Below, one piece after another: positions 1 to 13,509 of a stretch of DNA of 64,000 nucleotides; the stretch's first letter is position 1; each line of letters starts with the position of its first letter. The stretch lies in assembly GCF_018977255.1 (NCBI RefSeq), contig NW_024704742.1:69194001-69258000 (forward strand). The letters are read 5' to 3'. The notes under the pieces are model-generated. The model searched no databases. It was not told the DNA's origin and was given only the letters and a program-made list of their open reading frames with translations. The translations under genes were made by a program, and so were the position numbers. This DNA is from Callorhinchus milii (Eukaryota).

Positions 1-264
1 AGGGTGGTCCTAGTTGGACAAGCAGCAGAAAAGCTTCCCAGACAGTGATATTAATGGTAAGCTATGCGGTTTTAGTTGGTTAGACTCCAGCAGTTACTCC
101 CAACTCACACTCTGGGTCCCCAAGCCTTGGCTCTTGGCAACTTGCACCTAATACTTTCCCAGAATTAGGTAAGCAGGATGCATCCCTCCAGGGAGAGAGT
201 GTGTATTCCATTCCAACAATCTATCTCTGGGATTTCCGCAGATACCTGGCTGACGAAAAAAAAA
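1..264 (+). mobile_element. Element X (unclassified structured poly(A) retroposon), copy cut by the window start
   Basis: Matches 50690-51023 with an internal deletion; ends CTGGCTGACG followed by poly(A). Confidence 0.75.
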
Positions 265-512
265 GGTAAAAGTCAAAAAGGAAGGTCTTGAGATGGCCCT
301 TGAAGGAGGCAAGGGAGAGGGTGAGGCATAGGGATTCTGGGATGGAAATTCCAGAGGGTTGGGGCAGAGAGGCTGAAGGTTCGACCATCGATGGTAGACC
401 GGGCAGGGAGGAGGACATGGAACAGGCCAGTGCCTGCAGGGAACAGGAAGACTTTAATAGGTCACAGAGGTTGGGATGAACAAGACCGTGGTGGGCTTTG
501 AAAAGATCCCAT
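265..512 (-). mobile_element. L2 LINE 3' fragment
   Basis: Minus-strand translation ...ASFKGHLKTFLFD is the L2 ORF2 C-terminal motif; similar to 4700-4940. Confidence 0.75.
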
Positions 513-844
513 GGCACTGTTCAAAATGACAAGGTGTTTCTCCCTCCCGATGTCCTGGCCAACAATCCTCCAGATAAAGTTAATCATTTAGCTCATAGCT
601 GTTTGCAGGAACACTGCTGTGTACATATGGGCTGTTGCATTTGCCACAAAACACACGGTCACTACACTTTATACTATATTTTACCCACAAAATATAGTCA
701 ATTCACTTTACAGTATATTCCGTGAAGCGCTTTGAGGTTTCTTAACGGTGTGATAAGGTACTATATCAAATGCAAGGATTATTATTATATGTTGTGAAGC
801 GGCTTTGAGACATCCGCTTCATGTGAAAACCACAACACTGTGTA

Positions 845-1231
845 TAATAAGAATAAGAATAATCCTTGCATTTGATATAGCGCCTTACCACATCATTTAA
901 GATGTCTCAAAGCGCTTCACAGAATACACTGTAAAGTGAATTAACTATATTTTATGGCCCGAACCATGGCAGCCAATTGTGCACAGCAGTGTCCCACAAA
1001 CAGTTGTGGATTGAAGTGACCAAATTATTATTATTATTATTTTTGGAAGGAATTATTACTCCGGGAAAAGCGATCCGTCAATTGACTAACAACCGGGTTC
1101 CTACGTACTGCTAGGTAAACAGAAGAGTGCAGAGTAAGGAAACTTGCCCAACATTTTGCCCTGCCGGGAATCAAACCCAGGTCTCTTGCTTGCGAGGCGA
1201 GTGCTCTAACCACTGAGCTACAGGACTCCAC
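845..1231 (-). mobile_element. SINE family A (tRNA-Ala head, CORE-like block, Deu 3' part, L2-type tail), full length
   Basis: Reverse complement begins GTGGAGTCCTGTAGCTCAGTGGTTAGAGCAC (A box), carries a B box, and ends in a stem-loop tail with (TTA)n. Confidence 0.85.
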
Positions 1232-1604
1232 AAATATGAAATGTAAAAAAGTATTTTTAATATAATTTTCACTCATTGAAGCACTCGCTAACAACCCACT
1301 GCAGACACTTTGCAGATTTCAGCAAATAAAATTCAGGAATGTATCTGAAAGCTCTATTCAGGAGATAAGAGACTATTTATGACTCACTAAATTGGAAGAA
1401 CCAGCCATTTAGTGGGAAGAAGAAATACTCATTGAATCTTTGTGAAATGATTCAGATGGATTTGGCATTTCTCACTCAATAAAATACAGCACAATTTACA
1501 TTCATACAGTGCCTTTTGTGATGGTTGATTGCTCAAAGCTTGTCAATGCTGCTGATTACCCGAGTTGGGGGAGAGCCACAGGAGATGGGAAGCGAATCCT
1601 CATA

Positions 1605-1968
1605 TTTTTATAATAATATTTCTTGATACAGTGCCTTATCACGTCATTGAGTGGACTGATGGCGTGTTTTGTGGGCGAAACATGCCGACAATTTTTTTAT
1701 TTGGGAAATTGTTGACCCAGACACCAGGAGAGAGAAACTCCTTTCTCTTTGCAAATAGTGCCGTGGGATCTTTGATGTACAGCTGAACAGGCACAGATGG
1801 GGCCTCGGTTTAACGTCTCATCCGAAAATGCAACTCCAAAAATGCAACACTGCCGCGGCATTGAATTGGGGGTCACTTAAGGTTATGTGATTCCAGTCCC
1901 GAAGTGGTGCTTGAACCCACGACCTTCTGATTGAGAGGCGAGAGCACTACCGACTTAACCAGACTGAC
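1605..1968 (-). mobile_element. SINE family B (Deu-domain SINE)
   Basis: Reverse of the tRNA-like head plus the Deu core (GGATGAGACGTTAAACCGAGG...GATCCCACGGCACTATT). Confidence 0.75.
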
Positions 1969-2359
1969 CCACAGGACCAAAAGTAGACAGCTATTACAAA
2001 ATTCACCCATGGTACAGTTAGTTGGAGATTATTGGGACACAATTATTTCTACATCTCGGGAGGCAGCAGGAGGTGTGGCTGTTGATATTTAGTGTTACTG
2101 TTGTGTTTCTTTCTGTCTTTCATGCCTTCCTTCACCACAATCATTTTCCTTTCACCCATCTATCAAAGGATGCTAGTTATCATCCATCAGCGCTGTAAGC
2201 AACATAGCACAAAGGCATCAGCAATTGATCAACAGCCCAGATTACAGACTGGGAGCTCACGGGTTCAAATCCCAATCCGTGTTGAGTTTCCTGGTCTCAG
2301 CTGGGGCTGTGTGGGGAGACTAGATTGACTAGTCTTCCGAGGTTCTAGTACTCACTACA

Positions 2360-2765
2360 CCACACTCTGAGTCAGGATGTTGTGGGTTCAAGGTTGTGGA
2401 ATCACAGTCTAAGCTGACACTCCAACCAGTGTCCATGTGGGGTGGGGTGTGTTGCACTGTCGGAGGTGCCGTCCTTGGATGAGACATTAAACTGAGGTCC
2501 CATCTGCCTGTTCAGGTGGATGTTAAAGAACTCATGGCACTATTCAAAAAGACAAGGGAGTTTCTCTCTCCTGGTATCCTGGCTAACAAGCTCCCAATTA
2601 AGAAAATTGTTGTTTGTGGGATATTGGCTGTGTACAAATTAGCTGCCGTATTTGCCCACAAAGCACACAGTCACTATACTTGACAGCAAATCCTGTGAAA
2701 CGCTTCAAGATATCCTGCTGACGTGATAGGTGCCATATCAAATGTAATGATTATTGTTATTATTA
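2360..2765 (+). mobile_element. SINE family B (Deu-domain SINE)
   Basis: CTCTGAGTCAG..GGGTTCAAG head, GGAGGTGCCGTCCTTGGATGAGACATTAAAC Deu core, L2-type tail. Confidence 0.8.
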
Positions 2766-3459
2766 CCTCCCCCTCCCCTCGCTCAGGTGCCCAGTTAACT
2801 GTGAGAAGCACTCTGAGACATTCTACCCACTTGTAGAGCAATGTAAATTGTATTGTGTTGACATGTGTAGTTAAAGAATAAAATACAAGCAAGCTGGGCT
2901 TAATTTCGGAGAGAGAGTGAACGAACTTTATATATGTCAATTTAACTTGTTCTGCTTCACTTCCTATGAGTCAGTGGATGTGAGCACAGTTAAAGCTGTG
3001 ACAGGTTAGAGCTGTCCTTGCTGCGTGATAAAGGTTAGCCTTGTTTATGACAGAAAGCAATCAGACCGTGTGGGGTTAATATTCCACACAAGCCCCCACC
3101 CCTCCCGTTTCCTTCTCCCGCATCTGCATCGTGGAGTCCTGTAGTGTATTGGCTGGAGCGCTCACCTCGCAAGCAAGACCCGGGTTTGATTCCCAGGCGT
3201 GGTGAAACCTTAGGCAAGTTTCAAGTTTCCTTGCTCCACACTCCTCTGTTTACCTCACAGTAAGTAGGAACCCGGTTGTTAGTCAATTGGCAGATTGCAT
3301 TTCCAGAGGTAATAATTACTTCAAAACATTTTTTTAAACTAATAATTTGGCTACTCAATTCTCCACTGTTTGTAGGACAATTGGCTGCTGCATTTCGCCC
3401 ACAAAACAGAAAATTAATTCACTTTACAATGTATTCTGTGAGGCGCTTTGAGACGTCTC

Positions 3460-5093
3460 CTCAAAACAGCCACTATCACCCACACCTTGAAGAAACCTTC
3501 CCTTGACCCATCACAGCTATCCAGCTACCGGCCCATCTCAAACCTTCCTTTCCTATCCAAGGTCCTTAAGAGAGCTGTTGCTTCCCAGTTTCGCTCTTTC
3601 CTCTCCTCCCACTCCCTCCATGAGCCCTTCCAATCGGGTTTCTGTGCTGCCCACAGCACGGAAACTGCTCTGGTCAAGGTCACAAACGACATCCTGACCA
3701 TGTGTGACCAGGTCTCCCTCTGCCTCCTCATCCTTCTTGACCTCTCTGCTTCCTTTCACACCATGGACCACTCAATCCTCCTCCACTTCTCCTCCCACCT
3801 CAACCTTCAAGGTTCTGTATTTGACTGGTTCAGGTCCTACCTTTCACACCGCCTCCACTTCGTCGCGGCAAATGGCTTCTCCTCCAAACCCCGCACCGTC
3901 TTATGCACTATTCCTCAGGGCTCTGTCCTCGGTCCCCTCTTCTTCACCCTCTACATGCTCCCCCTTGGTGACATCATCCGCAGACATGGGGTAAATTTCC
4001 ACATGTATGCGGATGCCACCCAACTCTATCTCTCTGCCTCCACCCTGAACTCCAGGACTACCGGCGTCGATCAACTGCCTGTCCGCCATCAAGTTCTGGA
4101 CGAGGGACAACTTTCTCCAACTGAACGTTAGCAAGGCCAAGGCCCTCCTGATTGGCTTGCGCCAGCGCCTTCGTACCTCAGGCGTTGGCAGCATCAGCCT
4201 CCGCGGCTGCACACTCAACCTCACTAAGCCAGTCAGGAACCTGGGTGTTTTGTATGATCCTGAACTGTCCTTTCTCCCCCACATCTGCTCCATGACCAGC
4301 ACTGCCTACCACCACCTCCGCAACATTAATGATAATAATAATAATCCTTGCATTTGATATAGCGCTTTTCACGTCTTCTAAACATCTCAAAGCGCTTCAC
4401 AGAATAGACTGTAAAGTGAATTGACTGTACACTTTGCCAGACTTCACCACTGCCTCACCCCTCAGGCTGCCGAAACCCTCATCCACACATTCATCATATC
4501 AAGGCTCGATTACGGGAACTCCCTCCTCATCGGGCTTCCCAACTCTTCCCTTCACAAGCTGCAGATCATCCAAAACTCTGCAGCTCGTGTACTCTTGCGC
4601 ACCAGGCTCCGAGATCCTATCACTCCCACCCTCGCCCGACTCCACTGGCTCCCCATCCCCCAGAGGATCGAGTTCAAGATCCTCGTCCTCACCTTTAAGG
4701 CCATCCATGGCCTTGCCCCCTCCTACCTCTCTGACTTGCTGACTCCCTACCCACCTGCCGCTCCCTCCATTCAGCGGGCTCCGGCCTGCTCCATGTCTCC
4801 CGCCCGACCCGTCCTACCATCAGTGGCCGGGCTTTCAGCCTCTCTTCCCTCATACTCTGGAACTCCATCCCACGGTCCCTTCGCCTCGCTTCCTCCCTTG
4901 CCTCCCTCGTGGCCAGACTCAAGACCCTTCTCTTCGACCGTGCCTTTGGTCTCCCTCCCACCTCTCTGCCTTCCCTCACCCCTACACCACCATACCCCAT
5001 GCTCGGGTCCTGACCCTTGAATGTCCAGCGCCTTGGGACGTTCTCCTGACATGAAAGGCGCACTATAAACGTAATTTTGTTGTTGTTGTTGTT
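3460..5093 (+). mobile_element. L2 LINE, 5'-truncated, degenerate ORF2 reverse transcriptase through the 3' tail
   Basis: YRPISNLPFLSK, FQSGF..HSTETAL, LLDLSA, PQGSVLGP, YADATQLY (catalytic YADD altered), SRLDYGNSLL, LHWLP motifs; frameshifts; 3' stem-loop and (TTG)n. Confidence 0.92.
4328..4433 (-). mobile_element. SINE A 3' tail fragment inserted antisense into the L2
   Basis: Interrupts the L2 HHLRNI|ARL motif; reverse tail with (TAA)n. Confidence 0.8.
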
Positions 5094-5334
5094 GTCTCGA
5101 AGACATGATAAGATGCTATATCAAATGCAAGGATTATTATTATTATTATAACATCCACCTGAACAGGCGGATGGGAACTCGGTTTGACTTCTCACCTGAA
5201 GAAAACACTTCCAACAATGCAACAAACCCCAAGGACTGCATCGGAGTGTCACCTTAGACTATATGAGTGAAAGGAGCTGTGTAGATGGAGGTTGTCGTTG
5301 TTGTACTGAATCTTATATTTATCTATCTTAGATT

Positions 5335-5642
5335 TAATGGGTAGGGTGGTCCTAGTTGGACAACAGCGGGAAAGCTTGTCAGACAAAGGCAAGCTATGCA
5401 GTTTTAGTTGGTTCCAGCAGTTACCCCAAAGCACACTCTAGGGTCCCAAGCCTTGGTTCTTGCTAATCTGCACCTAATACTTTCCGGGAATTAGGTAATC
5501 AGGATGTTTCCCTTCAGGGAGAGAGCGCATTCCATTCCAACAATCTATCTCTGGGATTTCCATCTGTAGATGGGATGCATCGAATTCTCAGTTTGGTGAT
5601 TGGTTTCCATATGTGTCAGACGCCTGGCTAAACAAATAAAAA
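5335..5642 (+). mobile_element. Element X copy
   Basis: GGGTAGGGTGGTCCTAGTTGGAC...TGTGTCAGACGCCTGGCTAAAC followed by an A-rich tail. Confidence 0.8.
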
Positions 5643-5895
5643 TATTATCCCCTACAGTTTTGGGCTCACAAAATTGATGGCAGTGCAGGGCAGTCGAAAT
5701 TGAATATTTTCCGGCTCAAAGGAGACCAGACTGTGTCCCTTTAAAGATAAGACTAAACAAACTATCCTTCATCATTTTTTATTTGACAACTTTACAATCA
5801 GGTTTTTGAAGAGTGAATGAAGTCCTCTCACAGTCCATCGAATGCTTGAAGCTCTCAATGGTATTCATTACCTTGTTGATTGATGCAGAGAGATT

Positions 5896-6305
5896 GTATC
5901 AGCCTGGTTTAGTTAGTTGCACCCTTGACTCTGAGTCAGAAGGTTGTGGGTTCAAGCCCCACATCAGGACTTTGAACCATATAGGCTGTCACTCCAATGC
6001 CATGCTTTGTCGGCGGTGCCGTGCTTTGGGTGAGACATTAGAGGTACCGTCTTTCTGTTCAGGTGGACATTATAGATCCCATGGCACTACTTGAAAAGAG
6101 AACTGAGTTTCTCTCAGTGTCCTGGCCAACGATTCCCCAAATTAATATTGGATAGTTCACTTCATAGTTGGTCATGGGACACAGTTGTGCACACTGGCTG
6201 CCGTGTTCCCCTACAAATACACAGTCACTACATATCACAGTAAAATCCTGTGAAGCGCTTTGAGACGTCTCAACGGCATGAGACGGTGCTATATCAAATG
6301 CAAAG
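5896..6305 (+). mobile_element. SINE family B (Deu-domain SINE), full length
   Basis: Head, Deu core and L2-type tail are all present. Confidence 0.8.
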
Positions 6306-6668
6306 GAATCTTTTGAAGAGAAAGCAAATAATTCAGGTATTTAATGACTTTTATGCAGATGAGATGGGGAAACATAGGTGCCTGTGAATGAGCTTTATTG
6401 CTATCTTAGTTTTACAAGGATACTATAAACCTCCTAACCATTCACAATCAATAATGGAACACAAAATAATCTTGAACGCCCCACTAGATGTACACTAAAC
6501 CCTGCCAATGTTGAACAGTTTTCCAATGTTCAATTTGCCTGAAGGAAAATAATTATCTTCCAGGCAATAAATGTTCCTTTCAAGTTGAAATAACCACAAG
6601 GCTTGCACTTATCTAATGCCTTTTGCACAGGATAGTGTCTCAAAGCATTTCCTTCAAAAAGGTAGAGT

Positions 6669-7170
6669 GTGTCAGCCTGACTCAGTCACCTCTGAGTCAG
6701 AAGGATGGGGGTTCAAGCCTTATGTTGGGAATTTGAACTCACAGTCTAGGCTGACCCTCCAATGAAGTGCTGTGGGTGTGCTTCATTGTCAGAGGGGCTG
6801 TCCTTCAGATTAAACATTAAAACCAAGGTTTTATAAGTGTTTTCAGGGGGACATTGAAGATCTCATTGCACTACTCGAAAAGACAATGATGTTTCTCTCT
6901 CCCGGTGTCCTGGCCAACAATCCCCCAGATAAAATTGGGCGAGGAGGAGGGACTGTGGGATGGAGTTCCAGAGGGTGGGGGCAGAGTGACAGAAGGCCCG
7001 CCCGCCAATAGTGGGACGAGCGAGGCGGGGGACGTGAAGCAGGCCGGAGCCCACTGAAAGGAAGGAGCGAGCAGGATGGTAGGGGGTTAGGTGGTCGCAG
7101 AGGTAGGGGGGGAGCAAGACCGTGCAGGGCTTTGAAGGGAGTGAACCAAAGGGACTGAGGAGGAAGATGA
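6669..7170. mobile_element. SINE B 5' part (+, 6669-6937) abutting an L2 3' fragment (-, 6937-7170)
   Basis: Deu core, then minus-strand FKALHGLAPP..LARPTIGGRAFCHSAPTLWNSIP. Confidence 0.75.
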
Positions 7171-8237
7171 TCAACTGACAAAGAATTGTGTTTCTTGCAC
7201 AAGATTTAAAAGTAGTGTGTTAGGCAGAGGAATGGTGGGAAAGAGTTCCAGAGAGTGGGGGATCTGTCTGAAAAGCAGAATAATTATTTTCAAATAAGTT
7301 GTGGACTTCTTTCTTTGCTTTGAGTTTTATTAATAATAATCTTTGCAGTGAGTGAGCAACTTGGGAGGGTGTGGGATGAGGAGCAGCTGGACTTGAGCGA
7401 GGAAACAACAACAACAACAAGATTCCATTTATAAAGCGCCTTTCACGTCAGGAGGACGTCCCAACTTGCATTTATATAGTGCCCTTCACCACATGGGATA
7501 GCGTCCCAGAGTGCTTGAGGATGGGTGGTGGTGGGGGGGGAATAATAGTCTTGCTGTGAGAGAGGCCACACACAGGTTGAATAACTCTGGATGGCCTGTA
7601 CGGTTTTAACAAAGTCTGAATTCACTTGCCTAACATGAATGCGTTGTATCAAATCTAAGAATTATTATTCATAAACCCCACAAAGCATGACACATTGGCT
7701 TCTGAAAGGCATTCTAGCTCAGAAAGGGTTAAATTAATGTTTCCTACCCCCCCCCACCCCCGCCACTAACAAACACGATGAGTAAAAGATGACTTGATTT
7801 GGAGTCCAAAAAACTTGTCAATCACAGAGCTGGACAGGAGGAGAATTGAAGGTGTGATAGGACCTCTGTCAGGTATCTGACAACTGAACCTTATTAAATC
7901 CCTTTTAGTGATAACCTATGTTGAATAATGCATGACTATTGTCACTAATGCACAGGCCCCAAGAGTTTGCTCAGAGGGCTGAAATTTACCGTAACAATAA
8001 TAATCCTTTCATTTTTATACAGCCATTTTAGCATTGGTTAAATCCCTGCCAAGATGGCTTTTCCGGGTAATAATCCCATAAAAAATAAAAGTAATAATAA
8101 TTTGGTCACTCAATCCATGAAGAACAATCTGAAGAAAGCGAGAGGTCCGTACGGAGACGGTTATGTCCTAGCGTGAAGCCGACATCTCAGCTCATGTGAA
8201 ATATTTGCTCACATAGAATCCAACAACATCTTGCATC

Positions 8238-8532
8238 GAGGAGTCCTGTAGATCAGTGGTTAAAGCAGTCGTCTCACAAGCGAGAGGATCTGGGTTTGAT
8301 TCTCAGGTGGGGTGAAACCTTAAGCAAGTTTCACCTCTGTTTACCTAGCAGTAAATAGGAACCCGGTTGTTAGTCGATTGGTGGATCATTTCCAAGGTGT
8401 AAAAATCCCTTAAAAAGATTTGATCACTCAATTAAATGCAATTTTGCCCACAAATACAAGTCAATCCTCTTTACAGTCAGGTCAACAATGTGCTAAGGCA
8501 CTGTATAAATGCAAGGATTATTATTATTATTA
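8238..8532 (+). mobile_element. SINE family A
   Basis: Head GGAGTCCTGTAG..., internal deletions, (TTA)n tail. Confidence 0.75.
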
Positions 8533-9517
8533 TATCTGTGTTGTGTGTCTGTACATGCATGTGTCTATGTGTGTGCCCACAGATGTTAAAGATCCTATGG
8601 TATATTCAAAGAGAGAAGGGAGTTTCTCTCTCCTGGTGTCCTGGCCAACAATCACCAGAATAAAATTTGGTCATTTACTTCATGGTTGTGTGCAAATTGG
8701 CTGTTTCATCCACCTACAAAATGCTTAGCCACTACACTTAAAAATCTGTGAAACTCTGAGATGCCTTCTGGATATGAAAGGCTATATGTGAGGATTAAAG
8801 AGGATTATTAAAAGTAAACTGGAAGATACTTAATTTATGCCCTTTTCATATTCAGTTTCCGTGTCTAGGGAGCTGGTTTGTAAGAGGAACCATCTGAGAG
8901 AGACACAAACAGACCTTGATTGAAAGGCAGATTCAAAGAGGAAGGTCTTGAGACGGACCCTGAAAGAGGCAAGGGAAGGGACGAGGTGATGGGACTCCGG
9001 GATGGAGTTGCAGAGAGTGGGGACAGAGAGGCTGATAGTCTGACCTCCTATGATGGGGAAGGGGGCAGGGGGGGAATGTGAAGCAGGATAATTCTTTTCT
9101 AGAGGGACTGGATAGGATTTGCATTAAACAACAATGTTTGGCAGAAGATTCCACATTCTGACATCTGCACTAAGCCTCTCTGTCAATATCAATTTGCCCT
9201 TCTTCAGGAGGAGCATTGCTTGTTAATCCTGTAGTCCTGTATCTTCGTGGTAAGAGCATTTGCCTCGCAAGTAAGAGGACCTGGGTTTGATTCCCAGCAG
9301 AGCGAAACATTGGGCAAGTTTCCTTACTCCACTCGCCTCTGTTTACCTAGCAGTAAGAAGGAACCCGATTGTTAGTCGATTGGCAGATCACTTTCCGGGG
9401 GTAATAATTCCTTCAAAGTAAAAATAATTTGGTCACTCAACCTGGTTGTTAGTCTCGAAGACATGATAAGGCTATATCAAATGCAAGGATTATTATTATT
9501 ATAATCCTAGTGTGAAG

Positions 9518-9895
9518 ATAATAATAATAATACTTGCATTTGATATGGAGCCTTATTACGTCTTCAAGACGTCGCAAAGCACTTCACAGAATATACTGCA
9601 AAGTGAATTAATTGTATATTTTGTGAGCAAAAACCGGCAGCCTATTTTACATAGCAGTATCCTGAAAACAGTCGTGGATTGGGTAACCAAATTATATATA
9701 TTTTTTTGACAGGGTTATTACCCCTGGAAAAGCAATCCTTCAATTGACTGACAACCAGGTTCCTACTTATGGCTAGTTAAACAGAGGCGTGTTGAGTAAG
9801 TAAACTTGCCCAACATTTCACCCTAACCAGGAATTGAACCCGGGTCCTCTTGCTTCCCAGATGAGAGCTCTAACTACTACCCTACAGGACTCCAC
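9518..9895 (-). mobile_element. SINE family A, full length
   Basis: Complete reverse copy; a partial + copy precedes it at about 9232-9500. Confidence 0.8.
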
Positions 9896-10314
9896 AATGT
9901 CTTATTTCTCCCCCTTGCTTAACATCCCCTTTAATTCTGACTTCTCCCTTTAATTCCTCCCAAACGCTTTCCCTCAAGGCTGTGAATTATGTGAATAAAA
10001 AATATCAAAGGAGCTTTGCTTCTTGTGCTATTTTGGGGTATGCAAATTAAGGCTAATGATACCTAACATAGATCAGTCATGAGATTTAAACGTTCAATCC
10101 CATCGGGGGTGCTTGAGAAAACGGCGCAAGACAATGTTTGGTAGATTTAATCAAGTGGGTTTCACTTAACAGGGAATGAATCTACAATGATTTGCACCTT
10201 TTCAACTCAGCAATAGGAAGGGGGTTGTAGAGGGGGGGGTTGAGGGGGGCAGATAGAGGGGTGTAAGGAGAATTGGGGGGCAGCCCCTGTTAATATGATC
10301 TTCCACCCAGAGTA

Positions 10315-11097
10315 CTGCTCTTCTGATTGGCTCCTGTCAGCGCCTCCTCACGTCAAGCCAGTCCGGGACCTTGGCGTCTTGTTTGACCCTCAACTATCCT
10401 TTCTACCCCACATCCATGCCATGACACGCTCTGCCCTCTCCCACCTTCGCAATATTGACTGCCTCCGCCACTGTCTCACACCGCAGGCCACCGAAACCCT
10501 CATACATACATTCATAACATCCAGGCTCGACTATGCAAACTCACTGCTTGTCGGCCTCCCCAACTTCTCCCTCCATAAGCTGCAGATCATCCAGAACTCT
10601 GCAGCCCATGTCCTCTCCTACACCAGGCTCCGTGACCCTATCAACCCCATCCTCGCCCAACTCCACTGGCTTCCCATCAAGATCCTGGTCCTCATCTTCA
10701 AAGCCCTCCATGGTCTTGCTCCCCCCTACCTCTCCGACCTCCTAACCTCCTATCATCCTGTTCGCTCCCTCCGCTCAGCGGGCTCCGCCTGCGTCACGTC
10801 CCCCGCCTCGCCCACCCAACTATCGGCGGGGGGGCCTTCCACCACTCTGCCCCCACCCTCTGGAACTCCATCCCGCAGTCTCTCTGCCTCGCCCCTTCCC
10901 TTCCCTCCTTCAAGACCCATCTCAAGACCCTCCTCTTCAACTGTGCTTTCAATCTCCCTGCTTCCCCCCCGCCCTCCACCCTCCCCAACTCTAACCCTCA
11001 GCTCAGGTCAGTAACTCTGTCTGTCCAGCGCCTTGGGATGTCCTCCTGATGTGAAAGGCGCTTTAAAAATGTAATTTTGTTGTTGTTTTGTTGTTGC
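10315..11097 (+). mobile_element. L2 LINE 3' fragment
   Basis: VRDLGVLFD..SRLDYANSLL..LHWLP..FKALHGLAPPYLSDLL; 3' stem-loop and (TTG)n. Confidence 0.9.
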
Positions 11098-11154
11098 TAA
11101 TCCCAGCCAAAGTTATGACTGCCATCTGCACAGTATTTACAAATGACAACAAGG

Positions 11155-11512
11155 TAATAATAATATAATAACCTTTGCATTTGATAAAGCGCCTTATCAC
11201 GTCATTGAGACGTCTCAAAGCTGTTCACAGAATATATTGAAAACTGGATTTATGGGCAAACCGTGGCAGTCAATTATGTACAGCAGTGTCCCTCAAACAG
11301 TCGTGGACTGACTGACCACATTTCTTTGAAGGATTATTATCCCCGGAAAGTGAACCGCCAATCGACTAACAACCGGGTTTCCTACTTACTACTAGATAAA
11401 CAGGCGTGTGGAGTAAGGAAACTTGCCTAAGGTTTCGCCCTGCCTTGGAATCAAACCCAGGTCTTCTCGCTTGCGAGGTGAGTGCACTAACTGCTACGCT
11501 AGGGGACTCCAC
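11155..11512 (-). mobile_element. SINE family A, full length
   Basis: Complete reverse copy. Confidence 0.8.
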
Positions 11513-11689
11513 AAACTTGAATTGATATAGAGCCCTGCTAGCCTGGCTCAGTTGCTAGCACTCTTGCCTCAGAGTCAGAGGTTTGTGTTTCATGCCCTCA
11601 CTGCACCACTGCAGCCAAGTCTTGAGTTCCTTCACTCCTAATCTCTCTCCCTCCCTCCCCTCTGTCTCGCACTTCCCCAGTCTTTCTAG

Positions 11690-12085
11690 GGACATAGGAA
11701 TTGTTAGACAAAAAATGACCAAGATCCATCTAGTCCGTCTTCTACCATCCTAGTAGTCGCTTGCTACAATAGAGATGTTGAGAGCAATTCATTCTGTATG
11801 GATGTGTCTACAACAGAGTGGAAAGGTTTGGGATCCTTAGATCCAAAGTTGCCTGGTTCTGCCAAGCCATACCACACTTAGTATATGTCCCGCCTCAAAT
11901 TACTTATATACTGAATCCCAAAATATCATTTTCTAAAAGAATTCTTTGTAAGTGAAAGAATCGCCACTTCCTGCTTCCACTGTCTTCCTAGGGAGCCTGT
12001 TCTGTAGATTTACCACTCGCTCAGTGAAATAGTGTTTCCGCAGATTTGTTTTGAATTTATCCCCCTTCAATCGCAGGGGGTGAAG
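11690..12085 (-). mobile_element. CR1 LINE 3' end
   Basis: Minus-strand LKGDKFKTNLRKHYFTERVVNLQNRLP (CR1 ORF2 C-terminus) plus a 3' UTR shared with 42445-42745. Confidence 0.8.
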
Positions 12086-12227
12086 TCTGACCTTTGTGAG
12101 CATGTTTCCCCCCACCTCCGCGCTTGCTCGGTATCCAACTCTGTCACCACAAAGTGCTCTGAAACATTACCCTATGTGAAGGACGTTGTACAAATTCAAG
12201 TTGTTGTTCTTAAACTACACAGTTCCT

Positions 12228-12511
12228 CATGGAAATCTCCCCTGTCTGAAATGGAATACCCACTCTCTCCCTGGAGGGATGTGTCCTGCTTGCTTAATTA
12301 TTAGTATTAGGCCCAGGTTGGAAAGATACAAGGCTTGGAGACCCCAGAGCGTGCGGTTGGAGTAACTGCTGGAGTCTAACCAACTAACCTGACATTGAGA
12401 GCACTGTCTGGCAAGCTTCCCGCTGCTTGTCCAGCTAGGACCACCATACGCATTAGGGCCTTGGTTTGCAGGGTTAACAGTAGCTGCGTGGAAAGCATCC
12501 CTATCCCCAGG
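12228..12511 (-). mobile_element. Element X copy
   Basis: Reverse complement aligns to about 50630-50930. Confidence 0.8.
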
Positions 12512-13268
12512 GTGGTTAAAGCAATTAACATTAAAAGCAATCTCTTCAGACAACAGTATTTGCTTTATGTGAAGATGCACCTTAAGCATTTGTCCACTAG
12601 AGAGCAGGCACACAGCACACAGCATTCAGACCCCAGCTTAAAAAACACAAATTTACCATTTATTTATACAGGACCTTTCACATCAGGAGGACCTTTCAAA
12701 GTACTTCACAGGACAGAGTGTAGAATGTAGTAACTGTGTTTTGGAGGTGAACGTGGCAGCCAATTTGCTCACAGCAATATCCTACAAAAGCCATGAAGTG
12801 AGTAACTGATTATATGTTAGAGGATTGTTGGCCAGAAGACCCAGAGAAGTTCCCTTCTCTTTTCGAATAGCACCATGGGTCTTTTAACATCGGAAAGTAT
12901 ATACAAGCAAGCTGTTGTCGTTGTTGTTGAAACGGGTACAGGTTTAACATTTCATCCAAGGGATAGCACCCCTGACATTGCAGCCCTCCCCCAGCACCGT
13001 CCTGGACTGTCAGCCTGTCAGGCGTCATGGTGTTGTTCTGACCCTGATTCCTCCCTTCATGGGCAGTGAGATGAGATACACAACAACAATTCCAGGCAGA
13101 CGGGACTAATGTTAGTCTAATATCTATCATCTCATCCAAAGGATGGTACCTCTGACAATGCAGTCCTCTCCCCACTTCAGGGTTTCAAAGTTACAACAAC
13201 AATAACTTGAATTTATACAGTGCCCTTCGCGCAGGATCGCGTCTCAGAAACCCCACGTGTTTATTTTC

Positions 13269-13509
13269 TACAGGGCACTGACCAACGGCTGAAACATGTG
13301 GATCAGTGTGTATGAGCCCCATCATTTTCAGGCAGATGATGATCCGTTGCCATGTTCGTTGCAACATCTTCTGTAACGTGATGGAGTGAGGAGGCAGTTA
13401 CTGGTGTCAGACATTGTTACACTCGACTTCATCTGCAACAGGAAATAAAAATTCATTGTTAGAAAAAAAACACGGTGGGGGGGTATCAGGACTTTGTGAA
13501 CACCCTGTA
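13269..13509. mobile_element. Possible Tc1/mariner-type DNA element remnant
   Basis: Ends GGACTTTGTGAACACCCTGTA, nearly the same as the TA-ended terminal repeat at 22931-22950. The left end TACAGGG at 13269 matches only weakly. Confidence 0.4.

Larger units (their letters stand above)
3131..5148 (+). mobile_element. SINE family A split by an L2 insertion (3131-3459 and 5094-5148)
   Basis: The SINE breaks at GAGACGTCTC and resumes after the L2 (TTG)n tail; GTCTC is duplicated at 3455-3459 and 5094-5098. Confidence 0.8.

Noticed and set aside
2225..2350. Possible additional ancient tRNA-derived SINEs (also about 21900-22080 and 25570-25735)
   Set aside because: Single, highly diverged instances with only box-like words; cannot be classified by eye.
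3448..5020. 227-aa and 199-aa ORFs as a functional reverse transcriptase gene
   Set aside because: 5'-truncated, frameshifted, interrupted by a SINE, and YADD is changed to YADA: a dead L2 copy.
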